The notes beneath the pieces are model-generated. The model did not search any database and had not been told where the DNA came from. It worked only from the letters and a program-made list of their open reading frames with translations. A stretch of DNA of 51,022 nucleotides from an uncultured bacterium. GTDB lineage: Bacteria > Hydrogenedentota > Hydrogenedentia > Hydrogenedentales > SLHB01. Shown piece by piece: positions 38,213-46,859 of this stretch. The position numbers and the translations under genes were made by a program. Within the stretch, counting starts at the first letter, position 1, and each line of letters opens with the position of its first letter. The stretch is from positions 1-51,022 of the forward strand of contig CALEZK010000361.1 in the NCBI GenBank assembly GCA_937928585.1, written 5' to 3'.

Positions 38213-39642
38213 TCTACGAAAAATCCGTGCGCGGACGCCGTGCAATCACGCTCGATCCGCTCGATGTTCCCGAGGCTACGCTGCCGGCATCCGTCGCGCG
38301 TACCAAATCCGCGGAACTGCCGGAGTTGGCGGAGATCGATATAGTCCGTCATTTCACCAATCTTTCGCGGCGAAATTTCGGTGTCGACTCGCACTTCTAT
38401 CCGCTAGGTTCCTGCACAATGAAGTACAACCCGAAGATTGCGGAAGTAGTCGCGGCCATGCCGGGCTTTGCCCACATTCACCCGCAACTTTCCACTTCGT
38501 CCGCGTATTGGCCTATTTGTCAGGGTGCCTTTGAACTTATCTATGAAACGGAGAAGTGGCTCGCCGAAATCGCGGGCATGAAAGAGACCTGTCTCCAACC
38601 CATCGCGGGCGCGCATGGCGAACTTGCGGGAACGCTGCTCATTGCAGCGTACCACCGGGAACGAGGCCAAACGCACAAAGATACGATACTCATCCCCGAC
38701 TCAGCGCACGGAACGAATCCCGCAAGTGCCGCCATCGCGGGATTCAAAGTACTTGAAGTGCCTTCGCATGAAGATGGCACGATGCGGCTGGACAGCGTCA
38801 AAGCGGTGATGAACGAAAACATTGCCGGACTGATGATGACGTGCCCCAATACGCACGGACTTTTTGAACCGGCCGTGGGCGAAATCGCGGAGTACATGCA
38901 CCAGCACGATGCACTGCTTTATTACGATGGCGCAAACCTGAACGCGATCATCGGCAAAGCGCGGCCTGGCGATCTCGGTTTCGACGTGATGCATTACAAC
39001 CTGCACAAAACCTTTGCGACACCGCACGGCATGGGCGGTCCGGGTTCCGGGCCTGTCGGCGTTGGCGAGCGACTTGTTAAATATCTCCCGGGACCCCGTG
39101 TCGTGAAACAACAGGGCGGTTTCGCGCTTGAGATGCCGGAAAAATCGATTGGGCGATTGTCACAATTTTTCGGGAACTTCGGTATGGCGGTACGCGCATA
39201 CGCGTACATGCGTCATCTCGGGAAGGACGGCCTCCGCGAAGTCGCGGAGAATGCCGTGCTCAATGCAAACTATATCTGGGCGCGTTTGAAGGATACCTAT
39301 ACGCCTGCATTCGACTTGCCCTTCATGCACGAGTGCATTTTCACGGCAGCGCCAGAGGCGAGAGATGGGGTCCGCGCGCTCGACATCGCGAAAGCCCTGC
39401 TCGACTATGGTTTCCACGCGCCGACCGTGTACTTCCCGCTGACGGTGAAGGAAAGCATCATGATTGAGCCAACGGAAACGGAATCGCGCGAAACGTTGGA
39501 TTCGTTCTGCGATGCCATGCTCGAAATCGCTCAGACGATCAAGTCGAACCCCGACGCCCTGCACGACGCGCCGATAACGACACCGGTTGGCCGTTTGGAC
39601 GAGGTAAAGGCCGCTCGGCAGTTGAATTGTGCGTGTCTGTGA
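38203..39642 (+). CDS. gcvPB: glycine dehydrogenase (aminomethyl-transferring) subunit 2
   Basis: 479 aa. PLGSCTMKYNP..HYNLHKTFATPHGMGGPGSGPVGV contains the PLP-Lys region. Confidence 0.93.
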   Translation: MQLIYEKSVRGRRAITLDPLDVPEATLPASVARTKSAELPELAEIDIVRHFTNLSRRNFGVDSHFYPLGSCTMKYNPKIAEVVAAMPGFAHIHPQLSTSSAYWPICQGAFELIYETEKWLAEIAGMKETCLQPIAGAHGELAGTLLIAAYHRERGQTHKDTILIPDSAHGTNPASAAIAGFKVLEVPSHEDGTMRLDSVKAVMNENIAGLMMTCPNTHGLFEPAVGEIAEYMHQHDALLYYDGANLNAIIGKARPGDLGFDVMHYNLHKTFATPHGMGGPGSGPVGVGERLVKYLPGPRVVKQQGGFALEMPEKSIGRLSQFFGNFGMAVRAYAYMRHLGKDGLREVAENAVLNANYIWARLKDTYTPAFDLPFMHECIFTAAPEARDGVRALDIAKALLDYGFHAPTVYFPLTVKESIMIEPTETESRETLDSFCDAMLEIAQTIKSNPDALHDAPITTPVGRLDEVKAARQLNCACL

Positions 39643-39653
39643 CAACTTATTGA

Positions 39654-39914
39654 CTATCGGTGTTCCGTACCGCTTCTGACTTTTACATCTCGTTTGTCTG
39701 CAGCGTGCCACCGTAGAACGATGGACTGGCAGATGTACTCGAGCACAAGAGCGAAGAGAAACATCCAAACCAACAGGTTCTTGTAGTCGTGATTGGCAAC
39801 TGAGCCTATCTTGTTCGGTATGTCGAAGAAGAAAGCAACTATTTTCCAGGAAACAGTTGTCCCGAGCAGAGAAGCCACCTCGACTACGTAGAAGGCAAAG
39901 ACTAGAATGCGCAA
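39654..39914 (-). CDS. hypothetical small membrane protein
   Basis: 86 aa with two or three hydrophobic segments in a visibly lower-G+C spacer. I recognise no family. The longer overlapping ORF 39160-39942 is an antisense shadow of gcvPB. Confidence 0.35.
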   Translation of the reverse strand: MRILVFAFYVVEVASLLGTTVSWKIVAFFFDIPNKIGSVANHDYKNLLVWMFLFALVLEYICQSIVLRWHAADKRDVKVRSGTEHR

Positions 39915-40129
39915 GAATAAAAGAGAGGAAGACGCTTTGCACGAAGCTTACGAGAAGGGATCGTTGGTTTCAGCTAAACCCTCAAAAGCAGTGCTGCGGA
40001 AATTCAAAAAGTCGGTCCAAGCCACTTTTGTTATGGAGAAGCGCTCGGGCATGATTAGAAAGTAAAGAATTGTCGCGTTCCCACGGTGTTGTTAAACAAA
40101 GCATTTGCCTTTCAAGGAGGTTGGCCCGA

Positions 40130-40996
40130 ATGTCAGAATCAGACGTATCAAGAAGGACCGCCCTGGCGACGACGGTAATTGGCGCCGCTATGGGTCTTGT
40201 CGCAACGCGGGCCAATGCCAACGAACCCGTAGTACCCCTGAAGGGCCGGCTCAAACAATCCGTATGCAAGTGGTGCTACAAGGACATTTCGCTCGAAGAC
40301 CTGTGCAAGGCATCCGTCGAAATCGGACTTAAGTCAATCGATCTATTGAGCGTTGACGAACTGCCGGTTGTGAAGCAGCATGGTCTTGTGTGCGCGATGG
40401 TAAATGGCCCGGGGCCCATTCGCGACGGATGGAATGAAGTGTCGCGTCACGACGAGCTCGTGAAGAAGTCGGAAGAAATTCTGCCAGTCGTTGCGGAGTA
40501 TGGTTATCCGAACATGATCGTGTTCAGCGGCGATCGCCGCGGCATGAGCGATGCCGACGGCATCAAGAATTGTGCGAAAGGCCTCAAGCGCATTACGCCG
40601 CTGGCCGAGAAGCTGGGTGTCACTATTTGCATGGAACTGCTCAACAGTAAACGCGATCACAAAGACTACATGTGCGACCATACCGCGTGGGGCGTCGCGC
40701 TCGCAAACGAAGTTGGTTCCGATCGCTTCAAGTTGCTCTATGACATCTACCACATGCAGATCATGGAGGGCGACGTGATCGCGACGATTCGCGAGTTCAA
40801 GGATTACATCGGCCACTACCACACGGGCGGCGTGCCTGGCCGGCACGAAATCGACGAGACGCAGGAACTGCAATACAAGACAATCTGCCAGGCAATCGTT
40901 GACACTGGATTCGAGGGTTATCTCGCGCAGGAATTCATACCCGAGCGAGATCCCCTTACCTCATTGGCGCAGGCCGCGCGAATCTGTGACGTGTGA
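40130..40996 (+). CDS. Tat-signal xylose-isomerase-like TIM-barrel protein (hydroxypyruvate isomerase / sugar phosphate isomerase family)
   Basis: ORF 40070-40996. ATG 40130 is preceded by AAGGAGG. The signal SRRTALATTVIGAAMGLVATRANA is twin-arginine type. LKQSVCKWCY..ICMELLN..LYDIYHMQIMEGD..HYHTGG are family blocks. Confidence 0.85.
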   Translation: MSESDVSRRTALATTVIGAAMGLVATRANANEPVVPLKGRLKQSVCKWCYKDISLEDLCKASVEIGLKSIDLLSVDELPVVKQHGLVCAMVNGPGPIRDGWNEVSRHDELVKKSEEILPVVAEYGYPNMIVFSGDRRGMSDADGIKNCAKGLKRITPLAEKLGVTICMELLNSKRDHKDYMCDHTAWGVALANEVGSDRFKLLYDIYHMQIMEGDVIATIREFKDYIGHYHTGGVPGRHEIDETQELQYKTICQAIVDTGFEGYLAQEFIPERDPLTSLAQAARICDV

Positions 40997-41000
40997 TTCG

Positions 41001-43214
41001 TTACCAATTATACGCGCGCAACACCGAGTCGCCCTGAACGATCACATATTCGGAATTGGAATCGCCGTCGAGTTCGCAAAGCGTACGATTGCCAATAGCA
41101 GGCCAACTTGTTGATTGCAAAGAGGATTCGTCAAGTTCAACTCGTTGGCCGTTTTCGGTTGTGATCGCAATTACGGAGGCATCTTCAAGCACGACGACAA
41201 CAACCTCGCCGTGGACTGGCGTTTGAAGTGTATCGGATGGCGTGCCGTCAATAGCTCCAGGCAGTGTTTCCTCCCATACGACGTTGCCATGAGGGTCGAT
41301 AAGCGAGATGCGATCGCGTTTCTTTCCGCCTACAACAATAAGATCATTCCTCGAATCGCCGTTTCGATCAGCGCGAACGATTCGGTAAACAGGCCCTTCC
41401 ACGCTGGCTGTCCATAATTGGTTGCCGTCCGAGCGAAATGCTACGACCGCTCCATTCTCCATACCCACAACAATTTCTTCGCCCCGCTTCGGATTCAAAT
41501 TAGCGAATAGCGGTGGCGCAGTCGGTTCGGAAGGCAATTGCCTATGCCAGAGCCTTTCCCCAGATTCGTCCAGCAGAACCAACGAATCACCATTTACAGA
41601 CCCAACTATGGTTTTCTTGTTCCAGTAGCGCCCAGTCACCGGCCAGAAAAGAAAGCCATGGTTGGGAGCTTCCCAAAGCACGCCATTCAAGGCACTCACG
41701 CACATCATGTCACCGTTCGCCGTGTTGCCTATCAGTTCCTCGATTCCATCCCGATCGAAATCTACCGCCGTCCAGCGACTCTCCAGTTTTGTGAACGTGT
41801 TGAGCCGCCAGAATGGGGCATCCATCGCCTCAATGCTGAAGGTCCGGGACACTGGTGTCATGCCTGTCGCGGCGTAGACAAGACGAATCGATACAGACTC
41901 GTTTGGACGCGTATTCGTCCGGAGCGACGCCCGTGATTCGAGAGTTTCCCCCGGAGCGAGCGATGCGGACACAGTGTCAGGTTGTATGGACGCGCGACCC
42001 AATGGCACTGCGGCAAGAGAGCCGGATAGGGTCGCCCCGGTATGGTTTATCCAACCAAAGCGCACGGGTGTGGTGGAATTGCCTGAGACGATTGGGACTT
42101 CCGGTTCGAACCAGAGCGCTGCGGGCGTGACCCAGTCGCGCAGTGGTAGGTGCTCAATGAGCATCGGGACTTCGCTGGGTTCAATTCGTGCCATTCCGTT
42201 CGATGCCGCGACAACGCTTCTTTCGCCGTTCAGAAGATTGACGACCGAAACGGAGGCATCGCTCGTAGCGAAATCAAGAGGTTTATCAGAACCTTCCAAT
42301 ATCGCAACACTCGCGCCTTGCTCGTCACGATAGACATAGGCAAGTGTGTCCCCGACAAGTAACGAGCCAACTCGCGACGGAGAGGTTAACTCTGTGGGTA
42401 TCGGCGCAAACTGCGGCGAAGCAGGATTGCACCATACCGCCTGCTGCGATGTGGCCATCGCGCGCAGCGCGCTAGTGCCGCTCGTCAGTAGCGGAACGAC
42501 TGTGCAATGTCGCGCGATCGCGTCCCATGTGCTATCGCGAAACTGATCCCGAACTTGCGCGAGGTATTGTTGCGAATCAACATCTGCTTCAGCGAGAAGA
42601 TAGATAGGGTTCAGCGAATCATGCGCCACGGTTTCGACAAAGCCACCAAAACACTCCAACCATAGGGGTGAATCTTCACTCGGCATGACGAGACACAGTT
42701 CGAGCGATGGCGTCGTCCTTCGCAATTCCCGACCTACGGCCTCGCCCAACGCGCGCGCGCCCGCGGCGAGGGTGAACATCGAGACTCCGTCATACTTTCC
42801 CGAATCCAGTGTCTCTTGATGTTCCAGCAAAAGTAAGACGAGCCCGCCCAACTTATTGTCATGGGTGCTCTGGGCCACGCGCATGATCGCATCAACGGCG
42901 TTTGCCCGCGCCTGTGGATCTGTCAACAGCAAGGCGTCCGATGCAATCTCTGCAGGCACAAACACCGTTTCGATTCCATGCGCCTGTTGCGCGGCGCGCA
43001 ACACTGCAAAATCTTTCGCGCGGTGTTTCAGAATCAACTTATCGGGAGAGTGGAGCAGATAGCGCGCCATGACAGACGCGTCCAGAAGATCCGACTCGGT
43101 TATGAGTGCGAGAATCTGGACCTTGGGAAACAAGGGCGGCGCCGACTCACCCTCAAATGTCAGAGTGAGCAGCGCCGCCAGAAATATGATGTTACGCCAT
43201 CCGGACTTCTGCAT
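41001..43214 (-). CDS. large secreted hypothetical protein with a C-terminal FG-GAP-like beta-propeller
   Basis: 737 aa with a signal peptide (NIIFLAALLTLTF). The C-terminal about 240 aa has four D/N-x-D/N-x-D/G..(L/I)(I/V)V(G) motifs: DFDRDGIEELIG, NLNPKRGEEIVVG, DRNGDSRNDLIVVG and ELDGDSNSEYVIV. I recognise no family for the N-terminal about 450 aa. Confidence 0.6.
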   Translation of the reverse strand: MQKSGWRNIIFLAALLTLTFEGESAPPLFPKVQILALITESDLLDASVMARYLLHSPDKLILKHRAKDFAVLRAAQQAHGIETVFVPAEIASDALLLTDPQARANAVDAIMRVAQSTHDNKLGGLVLLLLEHQETLDSGKYDGVSMFTLAAGARALGEAVGRELRRTTPSLELCLVMPSEDSPLWLECFGGFVETVAHDSLNPIYLLAEADVDSQQYLAQVRDQFRDSTWDAIARHCTVVPLLTSGTSALRAMATSQQAVWCNPASPQFAPIPTELTSPSRVGSLLVGDTLAYVYRDEQGASVAILEGSDKPLDFATSDASVSVVNLLNGERSVVAASNGMARIEPSEVPMLIEHLPLRDWVTPAALWFEPEVPIVSGNSTTPVRFGWINHTGATLSGSLAAVPLGRASIQPDTVSASLAPGETLESRASLRTNTRPNESVSIRLVYAATGMTPVSRTFSIEAMDAPFWRLNTFTKLESRWTAVDFDRDGIEELIGNTANGDMMCVSALNGVLWEAPNHGFLFWPVTGRYWNKKTIVGSVNGDSLVLLDESGERLWHRQLPSEPTAPPLFANLNPKRGEEIVVGMENGAVVAFRSDGNQLWTASVEGPVYRIVRADRNGDSRNDLIVVGGKKRDRISLIDPHGNVVWEETLPGAIDGTPSDTLQTPVHGEVVVVVLEDASVIAITTENGQRVELDESSLQSTSWPAIGNRTLCELDGDSNSEYVIVQGDSVLRAYNW

Positions 43215-43275
43215 GACCCCAATAGTACTTGCCGAAGTATTGATGCGTAAAATGAGACAGATTCAATTTTTAGGA

Positions 43276-43308
43276 GGACGCGCTCACCCGCCCCAACGGG
43301 TCGCGTCC
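43276..43308 (-). terminator. strong hairpin downstream of the csp gene (no U-run)
   Basis: On the + strand it reads GGACGCG-CTC-ACCCG-CCCCAA-CGGGT-CGCGTCC. It lies 22 nt past the csp stop. Confidence 0.4.
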
Positions 43309-43329
43309 ATGAATCGGGCGCCGTGTGGA

Positions 43330-43545
43330 TTACGGGCGCGAAACGTTCACGGCCTGAAGGCCTTTCGGACTCTCCAACAGTTCAAACTCGACTTCTTCTC
43401 CTTCGCGCAACGTGCGAAACCCCTCCATCTTGATCGCACTGTGATGCACAAACACGTCCGGGCTGTCGTCACGCGTGATGAAACCATAGCCCTTTTGGTC
43501 ATTAAACCACTTCACGCGCCCCTTGAGATGTCCGTTACCACTCAT
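43330..43545 (-). CDS. CspA-family cold-shock protein
   Basis: [15 protein letters not shown] (RNP1) and DVFVHHSAI (RNP2). The start is taken at MSGNGHLKG (43545). Confidence 0.93.
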   Translation of the reverse strand: MSGNGHLKGRVKWFNDQKGYGFITRDDSPDVFVHHSAIKMEGFRTLREGEEVEFELLESPKGLQAVNVSRP

Positions 43546-43646
43546 ACAACTATTCCCTCTCACTAATGGAACACTACACCCACACAGTAAATCCAGACGA
43601 AAGCGACGGCGCTTTCGGTCCCTCCACGGATTTACCCTGCAAATTC

Positions 43647-43675
43647 TAGAATATCCCGAAATGCGGAATCTGTCA
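43647..43675 (-). promoter_or_regulatory. candidate sigma70 promoter of the csp gene
   Basis: On the minus strand: TTGACA (complement of 43670-43675), a 17-nt spacer, then TATTCT (complement of 43647-43652). This gives a leader of about 100 nt containing a two-tier hairpin (43586-43634). Confidence 0.5.
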
Positions 43676-43723
43676 ATCCCTCGTATCTGAAAGAAGACAA
43701 GGAAGCGGCGGAAGGCCGGGGTA

Positions 43724-44794
43724 CTACTTGCGCTTGAGGAGGCTAGTGATGAAGTTGAGGATTTTCGAGACTAGAGAATCTGGTGGCTGGTGTGTCGGTT
43801 CCACTGGAATTGGCGTCGCATCTCCGCCGGAAACGGGCAGCGGGGTCTGCTGTTGGACGAGTTCCTCTTCCGAACCAGGGATGGCCACGCCGGTGGAAGA
43901 CTTGTACAACTGTGCGAGGGCCTGCCGAAACTCCCGGGCATCCTGGTACCGCGCAGTGGGGTCCTTGGCCATCGCCTTTGCCACGAAGGAATTTGCCTCC
44001 GTCGAAAGTTCGGGCACCAGATCGGTGATTTTTATGTCGCCTTTTGGCAATTGGCCCGTCAGCAATTCGTAGAACATGACGCCGAGCGAGTAGATGTCCG
44101 CCCGCTTGTCGACTTCCGCGGCGCTCATGCGCTGCTCCGGGGCCATGTACTGTTGCTTGCCCAAGCTCACGCCAATCATTGTGAACTGCGATTCCACGTT
44201 CGTCAGCTTGGCCAATCCGAAGTCCAACAGCTTGATGTTGCCGTTTGCCAGCACCATGACGTTGTCTGGCGACAAGTCGCGATGCACGGCATACTGGTGG
44301 GCATGTTCAAGGGCGTGACAGAGCAGGCTGAGAATGCGCACCACGGATCCCAACCCCAGCTTGCCCTTTTTCTTCATCCACTTGTAGAGGCTGGTACCGT
44401 CGACGTATTCCATCGTGTAATACAGCATCGAACCAACTTGCTGCGCATCGAAAATCCTTACGATACAAGGGTGGTCCAGTTGCCGGACCGCGCTGACTTC
44501 GCGCACAAAGCGTTTCACCGCATGGCTACTCGACAGGTACTGGGGCAGGAGCGTCTTCAACGCCATGGGCTGCTGCATTTCTCTGTCCCACACGAGGTAA
44601 ACCATTCCCATCCCGCCGCGGCCCAGCATCTTCTGCACTTCGTACCGATTCACGATAACATCGCCAGGCTTGAACCCGGCCGTAAGCTTCTTGAGGGTTT
44701 CTTTGTCTGGATGGGTGGTGGCATGGCTCGGATGGCTAGGCAGGCCCGATGAGCCAGTGGTTTCAGGCTTGGATTGGTCGCTCACAGTCCCCAC
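43724..44794 (-). CDS. Hanks-type serine/threonine protein kinase, cytoplasmic, with no TM or sensor domain
   Basis: GRGGMGMVY (Gly loop), ALK (VAIK Lys), HRDLSPDN (catalytic loop), DFG and APE. The C-terminal tail is Pro-rich and ends in [17 protein letters not shown]. Confidence 0.9.
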   Translation of the reverse strand: MGTVSDQSKPETTGSSGLPSHPSHATTHPDKETLKKLTAGFKPGDVIVNRYEVQKMLGRGGMGMVYLVWDREMQQPMALKTLLPQYLSSSHAVKRFVREVSAVRQLDHPCIVRIFDAQQVGSMLYYTMEYVDGTSLYKWMKKKGKLGLGSVVRILSLLCHALEHAHQYAVHRDLSPDNVMVLANGNIKLLDFGLAKLTNVESQFTMIGVSLGKQQYMAPEQRMSAAEVDKRADIYSLGVMFYELLTGQLPKGDIKITDLVPELSTEANSFVAKAMAKDPTARYQDAREFRQALAQLYKSSTGVAIPGSEEELVQQQTPLPVSGGDATPIPVEPTHQPPDSLVSKILNFITSLLKRK

Positions 44795-44962
44795 CCCTTT
44801 GAGCCGCGTGTGCGTACGCTGCGCATTCTAGCACAAGAGGAAGAGAATAGGTGAGAATCGCTCACTAAGGTTCGGGCGTAATGCTGGAATTCGAAACGCG
44901 GCCTGCGAAATCACTCGCCCTGCGGGGTTCTCAGTCTGCCAATGCGTGTCCGGCGCGTGCTG

Positions 44963-45415
44963 CTACTTCCCCGTATGGCCGAATCCACCTTCGCCCCGAA
45001 CGGTCTCGTCCAGTGTGTCGGCGATGGACCACTCCACCCGCGTGACCGGAGCGACGACCATCTGCGCGATACGGTCTCCCCGCTGGATTACAAAGGGCTC
45101 TTGTCCGAGGTTTGCCATGATGATGCGAATCTCGCCGCGGTAGTCCGCGTCGATAGTCCCCGGGGTATTGAGCAGGGAGATTCCGTGCTTCAACGCGAGG
45201 CCGCTACGCGGACGAATCTGTGCTTCATACCCTTCCGGCAGGGCGATTCGGAGGCCCGTGGGAATTAGGGCGCGCTCTCCGGGTTGCAAGGTTTGCGGAA
45301 CGGTAACGGAAGCCCGCAGGTCCATGCCTGCCGCGTGCTCCGTTTCGTAAGCAGGAAGCGGGATATCGTCGCAGTTGGGCTCGCGCAGAATTTGTACGGT
45401 CACGGTACGGCTCAC
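44963..45415 (-). CDS. dut: dUTP diphosphatase
   Basis: ORF 44963-45496. I prefer GTG 45415, which overlaps the upstream stop as GTGA. Motifs are [27 protein letters not shown] and [10 protein letters not shown]. Confidence 0.9.
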   Translation of the reverse strand: MSRTVTVQILREPNCDDIPLPAYETEHAAGMDLRASVTVPQTLQPGERALIPTGLRIALPEGYEAQIRPRSGLALKHGISLLNTPGTIDADYRGEIRIIMANLGQEPFVIQRGDRIAQMVVAPVTRVEWSIADTLDETVRGEGGFGHTGK

Positions 45416-46686
45416 AGCGGCACTTCCTCCAGAATTACGCCATCGATTGGCCCGAGTGACACCAGCGCGCACTGATCCGCGGTGTAGCGGTCGCACGCCA
45501 ACTCCTGGATTTGCTCGGCAGTCACGGATTCGACACCGGCGATAATTTCATCCACGGTGATAATGCGCCCGTGATACATATACGATTTCGCCATGCGCGT
45601 CATGCGATTAAACGTGCTCTCGAGTGTCATCAAAACACTGCCCTTAAGCTGTTCGCGGTTCAACTCGAGTTCCTGTTGCGGGAGCGGTTCCTCGCGCATT
45701 TTCCGGATTTCCGCGAATGCCAACTCATACGTCTTCTTGAGGTTTTCCGGCGCGACAGCTGCGTAGACACCCATCGAGCCGGTCCGCCAGTACGTCGAAT
45801 TGTATCCGTAGATGGAGTAAGCCAGGCCTTCCTGCTCGCGAATCGATTCAAACAACCGCGATGTAGATCCGCCGCCGAGCGCATTCGACAACATGTTGTA
45901 CACAAACCTGCGCGGGTCGTGCACGCCCGGGCCGGGAAACGCGAAACACAGATGGTTCTGTGTGATATCGCTGTCGAGTTGCTGGATGCCCGCGGTGAAC
46001 GCCGGCGCGCCGTCCGGTTGTTTCGCGCCGCCGGGTTCCAGCGCGCCAAACTCGCGCTCAATCTGCGCAAGCACGATTTCCGGGTCAAACGATCCCGCGA
46101 CCGAAACAATCAGATTGTCCGGGCGATACCAATGCCGGTAGTACGCGCGCACATCGTCGATGGTCATGCCAGACATTGTCTCTTTGGTGCCCGTTATCGG
46201 CATGCCGAGCGCGTGCGATGGCCAGACATTCTTGGTCAGCACGTCATGGACATGGTCCTCGGGAACATCGTCAATGCTCGCGATCTCTTCGAGAATGACA
46301 TTGCGCTCTTTCTCGAAATCGAACAGCTGCGAGTCCTTCAGAATATCCGCGAGAATCTCAATGGCCGTGCCGACGTGTTCGCCCAGCATCTTCGCGTAAA
46401 GACAGGTGTAATCACGCGAGGTAAATGCATTGAGGTGGCCGCCTTTCGATTCGATGGCCTCCATCAACTGTCGGGCAGAGCGCGTGCTGGTGCCTTTGAA
46501 GAACAGGTGTTCGAGAAAATGCGATACACCCGCCAGCGCCGGTTCTTCGTTTGCGGAGCCTGTGGCGATCCAGATTCCAGTGGACGCCGTGCGCAGATAG
46601 GGCAACGGTTCCAACAACACGGTTAGCCCGTTCGGAAGTTTGTGGATGGATGAAGTGTCGACGGTTATCGAGGGTGCTATAGCCAT
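45412..46686 (-). CDS. M16 family (insulinase-like) zinc peptidase
   Basis: ORF 45412-46854, with the likely start at MAIAPSITV (46686). [14 protein letters not shown] contains the HxxEH zinc motif. Confidence 0.88.
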   Translation of the reverse strand: MAIAPSITVDTSSIHKLPNGLTVLLEPLPYLRTASTGIWIATGSANEEPALAGVSHFLEHLFFKGTSTRSARQLMEAIESKGGHLNAFTSRDYTCLYAKMLGEHVGTAIEILADILKDSQLFDFEKERNVILEEIASIDDVPEDHVHDVLTKNVWPSHALGMPITGTKETMSGMTIDDVRAYYRHWYRPDNLIVSVAGSFDPEIVLAQIEREFGALEPGGAKQPDGAPAFTAGIQQLDSDITQNHLCFAFPGPGVHDPRRFVYNMLSNALGGGSTSRLFESIREQEGLAYSIYGYNSTYWRTGSMGVYAAVAPENLKKTYELAFAEIRKMREEPLPQQELELNREQLKGSVLMTLESTFNRMTRMAKSYMYHGRIITVDEIIAGVESVTAEQIQELACDRYTADQCALVSLGPIDGVILEEVPL

Positions 46687-46813
46687 AAGAGCGTCTGCGC
46701 AATGTCCTTGTTGTGTGCCGCTGCCAGATTCGAAAGATCGGATTGTAGCGAGGCCCGTCCGGCACACCATTTTCGCGGGGTAACCCGGCCGCCGCGGAAC
46801 TTGTTCGTGATAA

Positions 46814-46848
46814 CACACACGGCGCTGGGGGTGCCAGCGCCGTGTGTG
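46814..46848 (-). terminator. perfect 15-bp GC-rich hairpin immediately after pnp
   Basis: CACACACGGCGCTGG (46814-46828), loop GGGTG, CCAGCGCCGTGTGTG (46834-46848). It lies 12 nt past the pnp stop. On the transcript the trailing sequence is UUAUCAC, only a weak U-run. Confidence 0.55.
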
Positions 46849-46859
46849 AAGCAAGCTTA

